A stretch of DNA of 61,604 nucleotides from Chiloscyllium plagiosum (taxonomy: Eukaryota), in NCBI RefSeq assembly GCF_004010195.1, contig NC_057718.1:100134806-100196409 (forward strand), read 5' to 3'. Shown here piece after piece: positions 12,720 through 24,888 of this stretch. The notes under the pieces are model-generated. The model did not search any database. It was given only the letters and a program-made list of their open reading frames with translations, and was not told the DNA's origin. Positions within the stretch are counted from its first letter, which is position 1; each line of letters begins with the position of its first letter. The position numbers and the translations under genes were made by a program.

Positions 12720-12930
12720 GGCTGTGTATCTGTGGAGTTCTCTATCACAGAGGGCTGGGACATTAAATATATTCATTACTGAGATTGCTAAATTTTTAAT
12801 CAGGAAGGGAATCAAGAGTAATGGGGAAAAGGCAGGAGAGTGGAGATGAGGATTATCGAATCAACCATAGTCTCAGTGAATAGTGGAGCAGACTCAATGG
12901 GTTGAATGGCCTACTTCTGTTCCTCCATCT
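12720..12930 (+). mobile_element. CR1 3' end
   Basis: TGTGGAGTTCTCT...AAGGGAATCAAG...AATGGGTTGAATGGCCTACTTCTG. Confidence 0.75.
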
Positions 12931-13299
12931 TGCATGCTGAGGGATGCACTAAAGCTTGGAGTAGTCACTGCAGGTCTACAATGGGGACAGGTTGAGGACT
13001 ACGGGTTTTATCTACTGTCTACTGAGGGGCTGGGAACTGTCGTATCCCTCAGGTTGTGTGTTTGACGCAAAACTTACACAGTGAGCAGGCAGAATGTTGA
13101 AATTCAATTGAGACACGTTGGAGTCCAACATGCCAGTTGGAGAGAAGACGAATCTCATTGCACTTTCAGTAATTGCAGACATTTCATGAGGGTAACTTTG
13201 CAAGTTTTGTGAGTAATGTATATTTCTTGGGAAGAAATTTGTATCACTGTCAGAGGTGAAAGTTCATCCTCCCCATGACTTCACAAAAGAAACTGAAGT

Positions 13300-13485
13300 C
13301 GTCATAGTCTTACCATCCAGGGTGCTGCTCCCTCATGAGAGAAGTGGTTGTTTAACCTGAAGGTCACCATGTCTCAGGCAAGGGGAGAGGTTGAGAAGGG
13401 GAATCCTTCATGGTAACCTCAGTGCATGAATTTAAACCACACTGTGAGCATCACACACTGTTTGTCCAGCCAACCGAGATAAATC
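13300..13485 (-). mobile_element. tRNA-headed SINE (family S2)
   Basis: Reverse-complement similarity to 52340-52505 and 48430-48575 (TTCTCAACCTCTCCC..GCCTGAG..TGGTGACC). Confidence 0.65.
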
Positions 13486-14439
13486 GACCTGCAATTACTT
13501 GAGAATTATTTGAGAAGCACATTCCTGTCAGACTCAGGAGAAACAGCATGAAGCAAAAAAAAATACACTTGCAGGATCATTGCAAATTAACACTGAAGAA
13601 TTATTTGTTACCCACAGTTATTCAGAACAAAATGTGACGTTGGATGACACCAGGAGATAATTAACAAAGACTTTTCATCCTGGAGAATGATTTCCCAGGC
13701 ACTAATTAATTCCCAGTCTGCCTAAATCAATCCAGACAGTCTCTGCCCAATAGCGATGGTTTGATTTTCCATCAAACAGCTTTCTATCTCAAATGTTTGT
13801 TGTAGATTCAGGATGAAATCATTCTTCAGGGCGTGAGGCAAAAATCTTCCAACCCCGTTCTCATTTCTGAAACTCCGGGTTAGCTTTGTCATTCTACTTT
13901 TCTTTGGAAAGTAAGAACTGGAAGGTGTTGGGGTGATGGACCTTCTCTCTGAGTTCTCCGCTCCGTGACAGGTTTGAACCAGGGCTCTACCATTTCCACT
14001 CTCGGCCCGACAAGAATGGCCAGTCTCAGATCCTCTGGAGCAGGACAGGGGTCAAACCCTGAGCTGTTGGCACCAGCCTTCCAATCAACTGTGTCCACCA
14101 CTCCACAAAACAATAAAGGCTGCTATGGGAGCACACTCCCTTACAAATCTGGAGCAATAGGTAAAGTACACTCAGAAGCAACAAGATGCATTTACACAGC
14201 GTCTTTCAGGTAAAAAAAATCCCAAGGTTCCTTGCCAGAGTGTTATCAAACAAACGATGCACCAAAATGATCACAGGTTCAATGAAAGAGCTGGTTGCTG
14301 CTCGTCGGATGCTGCCTGAATTGCTGTGCTCTTCCAGCACCACTGATCCAGAATCTGGTTTCCAGCATCTGCAATCATTGTTTTTACCTGATCGAGATAA
14401 TATATTAGCTGTCAGTTAATCTCACCACAGTAACAGACA

Positions 14440-14750
14440 TGGGTACCTCTGATCAGGTCAGCATTCGCTACCCATCTCTAATTGCTCTTGAACTGAGTGT
14501 CTCGCTCAGCCATTTCAGAGGGCTGCTAAGAGTCAATCTTGTTGCTGTGGGTCTGGAGTCACATGTAGACCAGACCAGGCAAGGGTGGAAGATTTCCCTC
14601 CCTAAAGAAGGGTGTTTATGACAATCGACTGTGGTGGCATGAGAGCAGTTATTACTAAATTCAAATGTTACCATCAGCTATGGTAGGATTTGAACCCTAG
14701 AACATTAACCTGGCCCTATGGACTACTAAAACAGTGAGACCAGCACATAG
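14440..14750 (-). mobile_element. SINE family S1
   Basis: GTGGGTCTGGAGTCACATGTAGACCAGACCAGG core (reverse complement of 3050-3095). Confidence 0.75.
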
Positions 14751-14821
14751 CTCCCCACTTGCCTCTTTACTACCCTCTCAAATGGCCTGAAGTGTCACTC
14801 AGTTCAGGGATAATTAGGAAT

Positions 14822-14958
14822 CAGCATTTCATGATGATGGACTTATGCCCGAAACATTGATTCTCCTGCTCCTCGGATGCTGCCTGACCTGCTGTGTTTT
14901 TCCAGCAACACACTCTTCAACTCTGATCTCCAGCATCTGCACTCCTCACTTTCACCTC
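14822..14958 (+). mobile_element. PLE family A terminal fragment
   Basis: GCCCGAAAC..GATTCTCCTGCTCCTCGGATGCTGCC...CTCCAGCATCTGCA tail. Confidence 0.8.
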
Positions 14959-15264
14959 AGCACTAGCCCATCCAGTGACACCTGCATCCCATGAACAAAT
15001 TCTAAAACACATGACTGCTAGATGAGGAGGTGTCTAAAATTAGAGGCAAATTGTCACATGAAGCTTTGTGGCTTCACAAACAGGAGGACACAGGTTCAAG
15101 TCTGGGAGCTGCCTGTTGTGTAATACACACAAGGAGAAAATAACTGGTGAAAATCCAAATGATAGCCCCCAGCGTCACTGTGATTACCCCCCCCCCCAAA
15201 GACTGGGGAGATGTGGGGAGATGGAATTGGAAACCAAAGAAGTTCATGCGTACACAAAACAAAA

Positions 15265-15600
15265 CTTGCATTAGTGCGGTGCCTCTCATAATCCAGGAGG
15301 ACTCCACAACATTTAACAGCCAATGAGGTATTTTTGAAGTTGCAGTAAATGTCAGGAAAAGCAGCATCTAATTTGTGCACAGCAAGATCCTACTGAGCTA
15401 TGGGAGCACAGCCAGATAATCTGGGTTTATTTTTGCTCATGGGCATGGATTGGGGGAAACATTTCGGGCAGGGAATCCCAGGATAAAGCAAACGATTTAA
15501 GGCCTCAGTCGGGTATGGTATCTTTGCCAGCATGCTCCCTCTATATGGGACAAGCAACATCAGCCCAGAGTCCCAGCCTCAAGTCTGCAGTGTGCATCCT
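15265..15600 (-). mobile_element. DeuSINE (SacSINE1-like), degenerate
   Basis: ACAGCCAATGAGGT..TTTGAAGT..AATTTGTGCACAGCAAG; reverse complement resembles 43150-43555. Confidence 0.65.
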
Positions 15601-15892
15601 GAATTTGTGAAGCAGTTATCACCGCAGGGCAGTACTCACCTTCCTACTGCAGGAACTGAACCTGTTACTGAAGTCAATCTACATCTCGAAATTCGATTAG
15701 CTGCTCCTCAAAGCATCGCCGTTTGAAACCGCGTAGAAAGATCTGGATTTCACAGCAGCTGATAGTCTGACCGCGGGCTGGGTACTAAGTCCAGGCCATG
15801 GGCTTGAAAGGGACGTACTTAATCGGTTCCCTCAATTGTGGCTAAATCACTCACCAGTCACCGTTCTACTTACTAAGCAGTCTCACAGAATG

Positions 15893-16710
15893 CAGAAAGT
15901 GAGGACTGCAGATGCTGGAGATCAGAGTCGAGAGCGTGGTGCTGGAAAAGCGCAGCAGGTCAGGCAGCATCTGAGGAGCAGGAGAGTCGACGTTTTGGGC
16001 ATAAGCCCTTCATCAGGAATGTGAGGGTGCCCAAGGGAGCTGAAAGATAAATGGGAGTGGGGTGGGGTTGGGGGGAAGGTAGCTGGGAATGCGATAGCTG
16101 GATGAAGGTGGAGGGTGATGGTGCTAGGTCAGAGAGGTGGGTGGAGGGGATAGGTGGGAAGGAAGAGGAACAGGTAGGACAGTTCAAGAGAGTAGTGCCA
16201 AGTTGGAGGGCTGGATCTGGGATGAGGTGGGAGGAGGGGGGGATGAAGAAACTGGTGAAGTTAACATTGATTGCATGGGTTGGAGAGTCCCAAGGCAGAA
16301 GATTAGATTAGATTACTTACAGTGTGGAAACAGGCCCTTCGGCCCAACAAGTCCACACCAACTCTCCGAAGTGCAACCCACCCAGACCCATTCCCCCAGA
16401 TTTACCCCTTCACCTAACACTACGGGCAATTTAGCATGGCCAATTCACCTGACCTGCACATTTTTGGACTGTGGGAGGAAACCTGAGCACTCGGAGGAAA
16501 CCCACGCAGACACAGGGAGAATGTGCTGTGGCGATCTTCCTCCAGGCTTGAGGTAGCTAAGGTTTGGCGGTGGAGGAGGTCCAGGACTTGCATGTCCTTG
16601 GCAGAATGGGAGGGGGAGTTGAATTTGTTGGCCACAGGGCGGTGGGGTTGTATGGGGCATGTGTCCCAGGGATGTTCCCTGAAACACTCCATGAGTTGGC
16701 GTCCTGCACA
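15893..16710 (-). mobile_element. PLE family A 3' part: GIY-YIG C-terminus, 3' UTR and terminal repeat
   Basis: ORF 16420-16692 ECFREHPWDT..HRPVANKFNSPSHSAKDMQVLDLL..LEED, continuing LGTLQP beyond a SINE insertion; hammerhead 15985-16020 with GAAA>AAAA. Confidence 0.85.
16300..16525 (-). mobile_element. 5'-truncated HE1-type V-SINE inserted in PLE
   Basis: V-domain (GGGAGGAAACC..GAGCAC..GGAGGAAACCCACGCAGACAC), CR1-like tail, (TAGAT)n. Confidence 0.9.
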
Positions 16711-16911
16711 GAGTCACGTACTGAAACAATGATTTAATCTTTATTGCACATAGCAACCAAAATAAGACAACTTTCATCTCAACTTGGCTATTACCCAATT
16801 AATGGTGGAATTTAGCTACAATTCCAACCAACAGTGTCTTCTCTGATGTCCAGGATCTGACCCTTGTGCACAGTTGTTCTCTGAAGTTCTGCTAACAAAG
16901 GGTTCTGGAAT

Positions 16912-17275
16912 TATAGAGTCATCTAGCATGGAAACAGACCTTTCAGTCAACTACTCTCTGAGTGAAGAAATATTTCCTCATCTCAGTCCTAAGTGGCCCA
17001 CCCTATATCTTGAGACTGTTTCTAGACTCCACAATCTGGGAAATAATCCTCCCTGCATCTAGTCTGTCCAGCGTTGTTAGAATTTTATATGTTTCAGTCA
17101 GATCGCCCTCTCATCCTTCTGAAACTCTAGTGAGTACAGGCCCAGTCAAACCAACTTGGTCTCATTGGACACTCCTGCATTTTCCCAGATCAGCCTTGGT
17201 GGACTCTAAGGGATGGTACACACAGTACTCCAGCTAAGGTCACACAAAGGCCATGTTTAATTGCAATAAGATCTA
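16912..17275 (-). mobile_element. Degenerate CR1 fragments
   Basis: ATAGAGTC tail; GTGAAGAAATATTTCCTCATCTCAGTCCTAA; CACACAGTACTCCAG. Confidence 0.65.
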
Positions 17276-17339
17276 TACACAGCAGACATAAGGCTCTGGA
17301 GAAAGTTTGAAACTTATCCATCCTGACACAATTTGTATA

Positions 17340-17562
17340 ATAAGGTTGTTCGGCTCTAATACGTGTTTCATCAACATAAATTTGTTGTAACGCTATTAAC
17401 GAACTGGGGGCACTGGTTCTAAAGTGCGATCTTCTGAAGTATGTGTTTTTTCTGTAACGTGATTGCATCATCAACACTTTAAGCATTGTTTCTGAAGCAC
17501 AATTTTTCTATAACACACGGTTACACAAGAACGCAACCATCGCATTTTAGGAGAACTGACTT
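17340..17562. mobile_element. Probable Tigger/pogo-like non-autonomous DNA transposon (MITE)
   Basis: Degenerate terminal inverted similarity GGTTGTTCGGCTCTAATACG / CGCATTTTAGGAGAACTGAC; internal repeated T(A/G)TAAC(A/G)C motifs. Confidence 0.45.
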
Positions 17563-17894
17563 TCCTAGTAATGTTTGAAATTAAATAGAGAAAAGTCCAA
17601 AACATTGGGAACTAGAAATCAAGAATGTCTCTCAGTACAGACCAATGAGGTTGAGGTTGAGTTGAGATCAGCCATGATCGTCCTTAATGGGGAAGTAGGG
17701 CCCAGAGGCTGAATGGCCTACTCATATTCTTAGCCCTTATGTACAGCGTTCTGGATACAGGTACATGGTTGGAATGAGTCAATCTGCTCTCATCGGGAAA
17801 ATTCTGGCACTTCAAATTTCAGACTTAGGTTGGGAACCGGGCAAGTGCAATATTCCTAGGTCCTGACCCCACAGCGTGGCAATGTGGGTCAATG

Positions 17895-18116
17895 TGTAGT
17901 GATGGTAAGAAGGTCAGCCAATTGGACCTCGTAGAGTCTGAGTTCCCTGACTGGGGCCATTAATCTGGTCCAGTCAGGGAGCCCTGGCTGACAGATAAGA
18001 ACAGGAGTGGCAAAGGTTCTGTTGACCTTGAGCGCTAGCTCTAAACTCAAGGACTGTTCATGTGTAAGTAAAGGGCGACGCGGTGATGGGATAGCAGCCT
18101 CTGTGGAATTATTTCA
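17895..18116 (+). mobile_element. Short solo LTR
   Basis: TG...CA ends, AGTAAA polyA-like signal near 18067, AATG/CATG flanks; related 3' fragment inverted at ~45300-45332. Confidence 0.6.
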
Positions 18117-18319
18117 CATGCGATGTGATTTTAAATACAAGAGGTACCCAATTGGTGCGGACGTGGGATCGGTGTGCCGTTGGTGGAGGTGGAGATGGTA
18201 GAGGGGTGGGTACAAGATAGAGACAGGTATATATTCTGAAAGGTCATTGTTAAGGGTGAATGAGCAGGCAAGAGCTCACTGAGGAATGGAGCAGTCAAGG
18301 CAGTAAACCTCACAGTCTT

Positions 18320-18600
18320 TAGGCGAGAGGGGAAAGATTTAACAGGGACCTGAGGGGTAACGTTTTTCATGCAGAGGGTGGTGCGTGTATGGAATGAGCT
18401 GCCAGAGGAAGTGGTGGAGGCTGGTACAGTTACAACATTTAAAAGGCACCTGGATGGATATATGAATAGGAAGGGTTTGGAGGGATATGGGTCAAGTGCT
18501 GGCAAATGGGACTAGATTAATTTAGGATATCTGGTTAGCATGCACGAGATGGACCAAAGGGTTTGTTTCCACACTGCGCATCTCAATGACTCTATGACTC
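18320..18600 (+). mobile_element. CR1/HER1 3' end
   Basis: RVVRVWNELPEEVVEAGTVTTFKRHLDGYMNRKGLEGYG; (ATGACTCT)n tail. Confidence 0.92.
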
Positions 18601-19931
18601 TGTGTTGTGTGGACAATGGGGGCATGGTGCCCATTCACAAGCATCTCACTTTGAGAATGCTTTTCACCATCAGTTGCAATCAATGATAGTTCCCCATTGG
18701 ACTCCAATGTGTCCTAGATTATACCCATAATTGCCATTCAGAGATTGATTCTCGAATCTCTGTAGCAGACTTGTTAAAACGTTCTTCAATAAGCTTGACA
18801 GACATTCAATGGAGGTGCATATGTCATCGTGCTCTGACCCCACTCCCACCCACTGTCACTTTTAAAAAGTGAAACTCCGACCCCCACTTCACTGGCACAG
18901 GATTAAATTGTAACGTGCACCAAAAGGAAAAGGCAGGCAGATATCATACGGAGGCACAGATGTAAGATTTTTAATATAGATAAATGTCCACAGCTCATCA
19001 AATCAGATGCTTGATCCACTGACAGATGGAAGATTATTATTGTGAGGGTGGTGTGGGAAATTGGTGTTGCTAAACTGAAGGACATGTCGGATTAAGACGG
19101 TGTGTTGTCACCTTCAAAACGCGAAGGGAGTTACTGGCACAGAAATCTTACTCTTACACTCCCCCAATTCTTTCATGACTCCAAGTGAGTTGCAGCATTC
19201 TGCTGTTTCTCACCTGCTGTAAATAAAGTAATTCATAAAGATGCCGTGACACAAATTTGCAGATGCAAGTCTTTTCGGTGTATTGCTGAGAATTCTCTTT
19301 GCTCACTCCTTAATAAATATGCATGCCATCTTTTATGTTGAGCATCCTGATTCGGACTGGTGTCTCATAATTGCAAAATCTGATTCCCATCAGTCAGGAA
19401 ATTAAAATGCAGGTTTTGATTTCCGTCAATTTCCCACACTTTGATGGTCTAATATGCTTCAGATAAGCTTCGAGATTCTCCCCAGTGATTCCCAGACCAA
19501 TCTGGGAAATCCATCATCCGCTTGTGATAATTCACTCTCTTAAATCTTACCCTTTTCCTTCTCTCTCAGCTTTTAAACACTCCCTCAAACTGACCTCTTT
19601 ACCGAGGCGTTTGGAGATCCCGTACTTACACAGCTCAGAGTTAAATTTGTTTAACTCTGCCTGATATCCATAACTCCCCTGTCCGTATCTTAACCCAGCA
19701 GTACATCCTGTTCCCCTATCCCCTACTGCAGCTCGCTGACCCACACTGGCTCCCCATCTCCAAGCAACATCATAAATTTTAAAATCCCCATCTTCATTTT
19801 CAAATCCCTCCATAGCCTGATCACCCCCGCCCTTATCTCTGAAACCACCTCCAATGTGAGTTTTGAGAAGATTTGTCGCTCAGGTTGAGGTTCTGGATGT
19901 AGGTTTGCTCACTGAGCTGGAAGGTTCATTT

Positions 19932-19971
19932 CCAAACGTTTCGTCACCATACTAGGTAACATCTTCAGTGG
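19932..19971 (-). ncRNA. Minimal hammerhead ribozyme (family C), intact
   Basis: CCA-CUGAAGA-U-GUUACC UAGUAU GGUGAC-GAAA-CGUU-UGG: 3-bp stem I, 6-bp stem II, ACGU stem III. Confidence 0.75.
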
Positions 19972-20079
19972 GCCTCCGGGCAAAGCACCGCTGATAATTC
20001 CTGCTTTCTATTCATATGTTTGGGTTTCTTTGGGTTGATGATGTCATTTCCTGTGATGACATGTCATGACAGGTGTGGA

Positions 20080-20640
20080 AAATCACTTATACAGTGTATT
20101 CAAAAAGAACAGGTACCCAATGAACACAGTCCACCGATTTCTCAACAACAAACCCAAACAAGCAGACAAAACACGTCCAGAAACCCTAGCCACTCTCCTC
20201 TACATCAAAGACATCTCAGAAATGACTGCCAGACTACCCAGACCCACCATGGCATCATGGTAGTCCACAAACCCACCAACACACTAAAACAGCAGCTAAT
20301 GAACCTGAAAGACCCTATACAGACAACAAGCAAAACTAATATCATTTACAAAATACCGTGCAAGGACTGTAACAAACACCACACTGGACAAACAGGCAGA
20401 AAACTAGTCACCATGGTACATGAACATCAACTAGCCACAAAAAGACCTGACCCAGTCTCACTAGTATCCTTACATACAGATGAGGAAAGGCACCACTTTG
20501 ACTGGGACAACACATCCATCCTCAGACAAGCCAAACAAAGACACACATGAGAATTCCTTGAAGCATGGCATTACAACTGGAACTCTATCAACAAACACAT
20601 CGAGTTAGACCCCATTTACCATCCCCGGAAAAAAGAACAG
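20080..20640 (+). pseudogene. Penelope RT C-terminus / GIY-YIG endonuclease remnant
   Basis: NIIYKIPCKDCNKHHTGQTGRKLVTMVHEHQLA..HHFDWDNTSIL; frameshift and stop. Confidence 0.9.
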
Positions 20641-20959
20641 GAAATGACATCACCACAGGAAGTGATTTCACCACAGGAAATGACATCACCAACCCAAAGA
20701 AACCCAAACATATAAATAGAAATCAGGAATTATCAGCAGTGCTTCGCCCAGAGGCCCACTGAAGATATTACCTAGTATGGTGATGAAATGAACCTTCCAG
20801 TTCAGCGAGCAAACTTACATCCACCATATCCAAACTCTCAATCTTCCAGGATATCTACTCTCCAATGATGCTGGATTCTTGTGCAATCCCGAGCCTTTGG
20901 TAGTCTAGGCCCTGAACTCTAGAATATCCCCCCCAAAGTCACTGTTTGATTTCACATCC

Positions 20960-21285
20960 AGCAATGGCCTCGTGGCATAATCACTGGATAGTTAATCCAG
21001 ATAATGCACTGAGGTTTAAAACCCACCATGGGAGATGGTGGAATTTGAATTCAATAAAAATCTGGAATTAAGAGAATACAGATGACCATGAATCCATCGT
21101 CGGAAAAAAACCCATCGGGTTCACTAATGACCTTTAGGGAAGGAAACTTCCATTTTTACCTGGCCAACACGTGACTCCAACCCTACAGTAATGTAATTGA
21201 ATCTTAACAGCACTTTGGGCAATCAGGGATGGGCAAAAAAACTGGCCTAGCCAGTGACACCTTCAAGCTGTGAATGAATTTTTAA
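20960..21285 (+). mobile_element. SINE family S1
   Basis: Colinear with 2848-3176. Confidence 0.8.
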
Positions 21286-21638
21286 AAATCCATCCTTTTA
21301 AGTCATTCTTTAAAGCCTCCCCCAAGCCCCTGACCTAGAACCTTTATGTGTGACTGAATGTTGTACTTTATTTCACAATGTTCCCATTGGATACCCTGGG
21401 ATGTTTCATGTCAATGATGCTATGTGACTGTAAGTTGTTTTTAAATTGTGTGCAACCTGAGCATGGGAAATGATCTTGCATCTGTCAGCTCTATTTAATC
21501 CACCAGCTCACTATTAGTTCCCTATTTACTTCAGGTGGGAAAAGACTATCCATTATTCCATATCGATCAACAGTAGCTGTGGAATTAAAGATTCTGTATT
21601 GGTCTCTGTGTCCAGTTGGTCTGTCCTATCAGCACCTG

Positions 21639-21851
21639 TTGTGGTGCAGTGTTAATGTCCCTATCTCTGAGCGAGGTGTCCCACCTGCTCCAGAGATGTG
21701 TAATAAAATCTCTGAGCAGCTCGATTAGAAAAATACATAGAGATATGTTCCAATCAACCTGTTCAGAGATGTTAACACACACCTCTGCAGCAGGTAGTGT
21801 TTGAACCTGGACCTCCCAGTCAAACTGTTGGGACACTACCATGCACCACAA
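21639..21851. repeat. Tail-to-tail inverted pair of short tRNA-headed SINE-like units
   Basis: TTGTGGTGCA...GTCCC..CACCTGCTCCAGAG vs CTCTGCAGCAGGT..GGGAC..TGCACCACAA; ~20-bp spacer. Confidence 0.7.
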
Positions 21852-23194
21852 GATGACCCTCCCTTGCTGTGTCTAGTGACCCCAGTGTGGGTCCACAGAA
21901 CAGACGGTAAGGGCGTCGTTTGTTTATTTTTGACACACTTTTCTCTCTCTAGAGAGAAAAACGTTAATAGTGATCTCAGCCATGAAAGGAGTGACCTAGT
22001 CAAAGGCTGCAGAACAAAGGGAGATCTGGACAGAAATCTTGTGCATCATTGGCACCAGCTCAGAAAGAAACCCTCTTTCAATTTTTCTTCATTACCTTTT
22101 CCAAGGTATGTTACTTGCTACTCACACCTCACTGGGTTAGGTGCACTGAGTTCCCCTAATCCCAGAATCATTGCAGAAATTAAAACATTTGAAAGAAATA
22201 TATAACATCTCCAAATACCTGATTTTGAGACCAGGGTGTCAGAAAACACAAACCAGACTTCTTTCCTCTGATAATAAGATTCCAGTGGCAGGTAAACAAT
22301 TAAATTAAATTAAGTAAAAGCTACAAATTGAAACTGCTCCTTACAAGTACACAAACAGACAAACAGGGGAACAAACATGGCCAGAGGAAAAGCTGGAGAG
22401 ACAGTCCTGTAGTCTTTGTTCACAAGGGCTGTTGGGCTGGTTCTTGCTGACCCAAAGGTTCCTCCTCCTTTTTTACAGGTATTCCAATAGTTTGCAATAG
22501 GCACAGGGTGACTGGCTCGTTTATGAAGGGACTCTGGCTAATCCAATTCAAAGTCACGACCTGCAACTTCTGCTGATGGAAGGAAAAGCTGTTTTTTTTT
22601 TCAGGTTTAAAGTGGCTTACTGCAGAGAATTCGTGGCGGGGTGAGGGGGCGTGGTATGTAGTTTCCTGGCTGCAGACCTGCTGGTTTCTCTTCTGGTCTG
22701 ACCAGTTTCTGTCCGACTCTCTCACAGCCCAAGCTGGTCAGCTACCGAACAACCACACGTGTGGCTTTTTAGGAAGGCAAAGAATCTTTATCATTGATAA
22801 CTGGCCTCTAGCCCACACCAATCAGCTTCACCCATCAACAAGCCCTCGGCTCCAGTTCGTCTGCACGTCACTGGCTACTCAGCTACACAAACACGGTTCA
22901 CATTAGATATCAAATTCCTTACTTTCAAAACACCCAGTCTTCCTTTCAAATTCCAAAGTTTTGAAATAGTTCTTTCTCATTTCAGTCCACAGTTTTAAAA
23001 AAGACGTAGGTCTACTTAAGGAAGATAATAAATCTTTAATATCCTGTTTTTAAAAAATCCAACAAATGAGTTTGTGTTTTTAATATACATTCCGAGCTGA
23101 AACAACAGATCCATTTCTGTTCAGAACCTTCATCGGACGTGAATCCTTCGGAAGTTATCGAGCTCGTTAATCTTTGTGAAAGGACAGAATGTTG

Positions 23195-23612
23195 TCAGGT
23201 GTGGAAGCTTTAAGTTATAAAGCAAGGCTGGATAGGCTGGGTCCTTTTTCACTGGAGCCTAGGAGGCTGGGAGGTGACCTTATACAGGTTTATAAAATCA
23301 TTAGGGGCATAGATCGGGTGAATGAAATCGGGGGATTTCAGTATTAGGGGGCATTTTAAGGTAAGGGGAGAGACATTTAAAAAAGACACGAGGGGCAGAT
23401 TCTTTACACAGAGGACGGTTCGTGTGTGGAATGAACTGCCTGAGGAAGTGGTGAATGTGGGTGCAGTTACAACATTTAAAAAGACACTTAGGTAAGTAGA
23501 TGAATAGGAAAGGGTTGGAGGGATATGGGCCAGGAGTTTGGCATTATGGTCAGAATGGACTGGTTGGATCGAAGGGTCTGTTTCTGCGCTGATTGACTCT
23601 ATGACTCTATGA
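23195..23612 (+). mobile_element. CR1/HER1 3' end
   Basis: LGPFSLEPRRLGGDLIQVYKII..WNELPEEVV; ATGACTCT tail. Confidence 0.9.
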
Positions 23613-24363
23613 AAGATTGTGTGTAGCCAGGTCAGGTTATGTTTTTGATCCGTAATTGCTGACGGTCTTTAAACCTCTCAGAGTACCCCTTGGGTTTTAT
23701 TCCACATCAGGGAGGTTGGATTAATGGGTTAAAAGTCATTGAGTCTTGAACGAGAGAAGCGCGGTTTATGGATTAGCTCAGCAGACATGCGTTGAGTACA
23801 ATCTCATGGTGAAACAGCTCAGGGATCTGCAATAAACATGACACTGTCATGCTAATTTGATCTTATGTAAGATTAGACATGCTGGAAGATGCGTGGAGAC
23901 AATCATTTGAAACTCAAAGTCTCGGTGCCTGTTATTTAATTCCACATGGACTACCGAAAGCAGGGGTGATGACAGCAGTAAATCAAGACAGGGAATTAAA
24001 CTCCAGTGGGGGTTCTCAGATGGTCCATTACATGCCATTCTGAGGCCAAAGTATTGAACGCTTTCAAGGAGCTCAATACAGTACTTGGGACAAAAGGGAA
24101 AAAGCAGGAATAGGGGCCTGACTTGGATGATCAGCCATGATCATATTGAATGGGGGAGCAGAGTCGAAAGGCCAAATGCTATTCCTATTTTGCAGGTCCC
24201 TTTGCCCAGCAATTGCTGGTTTCCAATCATTCCATTCAAACACCTCGGCTAGAGTCATCTGTTCTTGCTGGTGCCAGGATTGGAAGCAGGTAACATATTT
24301 AATTGCTGAAAATGTGTTGCTGGAAAAGCACAGCAGGTCAGGCAGCATCCAAGGAGCAGGAAA

Positions 24364-24398
24364 GTCGACGTTTCGGGCATGAGCCCTTCTTCAGGAAT
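24364..24398 (-). ncRNA. Minimal hammerhead ribozyme (family A), intact core
   Basis: AUUC-CUGAAGA-A-GGGC UCAU GCCC-GAAA-CGUC-GAC. Confidence 0.68.
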
Positions 24399-24439
24399 GA
24401 GGAAAGTGTGTCCAGCAGGCTAAGATAAAAGGTAGGGAG

Positions 24440-24888
24440 NNNNNNNNNNNNNNNNNNNNNNNNNNNNNNNNNNNNNNNNNNNNNNNNNNNNNNNNNNNNN
24501 NNNNNNNNNNNNNNNNNNNNNNNNNNNNNNNNNNNNNNNNNNNNNNNNNNNNNNNNNNNNNNNNNNNNNNNNNNNNNNNNNNNNNNNNNNNNNNNNNNNN
24601 NNNNNNNNNNNNNNNNNNNNNNNNNNNNNNNNNNNNNNNNNNNNNNNNNNNNNNNNNNNNNNNNNNNNNNNNNNNNNNNNNNNNNNNNNNNNNNNNNNNN
24701 NNNNNNNNNNNNNNNNNNNNNNNNNNNNNNNNNNNNNNNNNNNNNNNNNNNNNNNNNNNNNNNNNNNNNNNNNNNNNNNNNNNNNNNNNNNNNNNNNNNN
24801 NNNNNNNNNNNNNNNNNNNNNNNNNNNNNNNNNNNNNNNNNNNNNNNNNNNNNNNNNNNNNNNNNNNNNNNNNNNNNNNNNNNNNNNN
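24440..24888. other. Assembly gap (449 N)
   Basis: Run of N. Confidence 1.

Larger units (their letters stand above)
19855..20822. mobile_element. PLE family C: short tailed arm (minus) plus long inverted arm with GIY-YIG remnant (plus)
   Basis: Arms 19895-20060 vs 20640-20822; imperfect TSD ACCACCTCCAA 19844-19854 / ACCATATCCAA 20823-20833. Confidence 0.9.
19690..21440 (+). mobile_element. L2-type LINE 3' end split by PLE (19855-20822) and SINE (20960-21285)
   Basis: CTCGCTGACCCACACTGGCTCCC..TTTTAAAATCC..TTTCAAATCCCTCCAT (LHWLP..FKI-like), resumes after each insertion. Confidence 0.6.

Noticed and set aside
20020..20550. Intact GIY-YIG nuclease gene
   Set aside because: Frameshifted, premature stop, YIG decayed to HTG, chimeric N-terminus from the inverted arm
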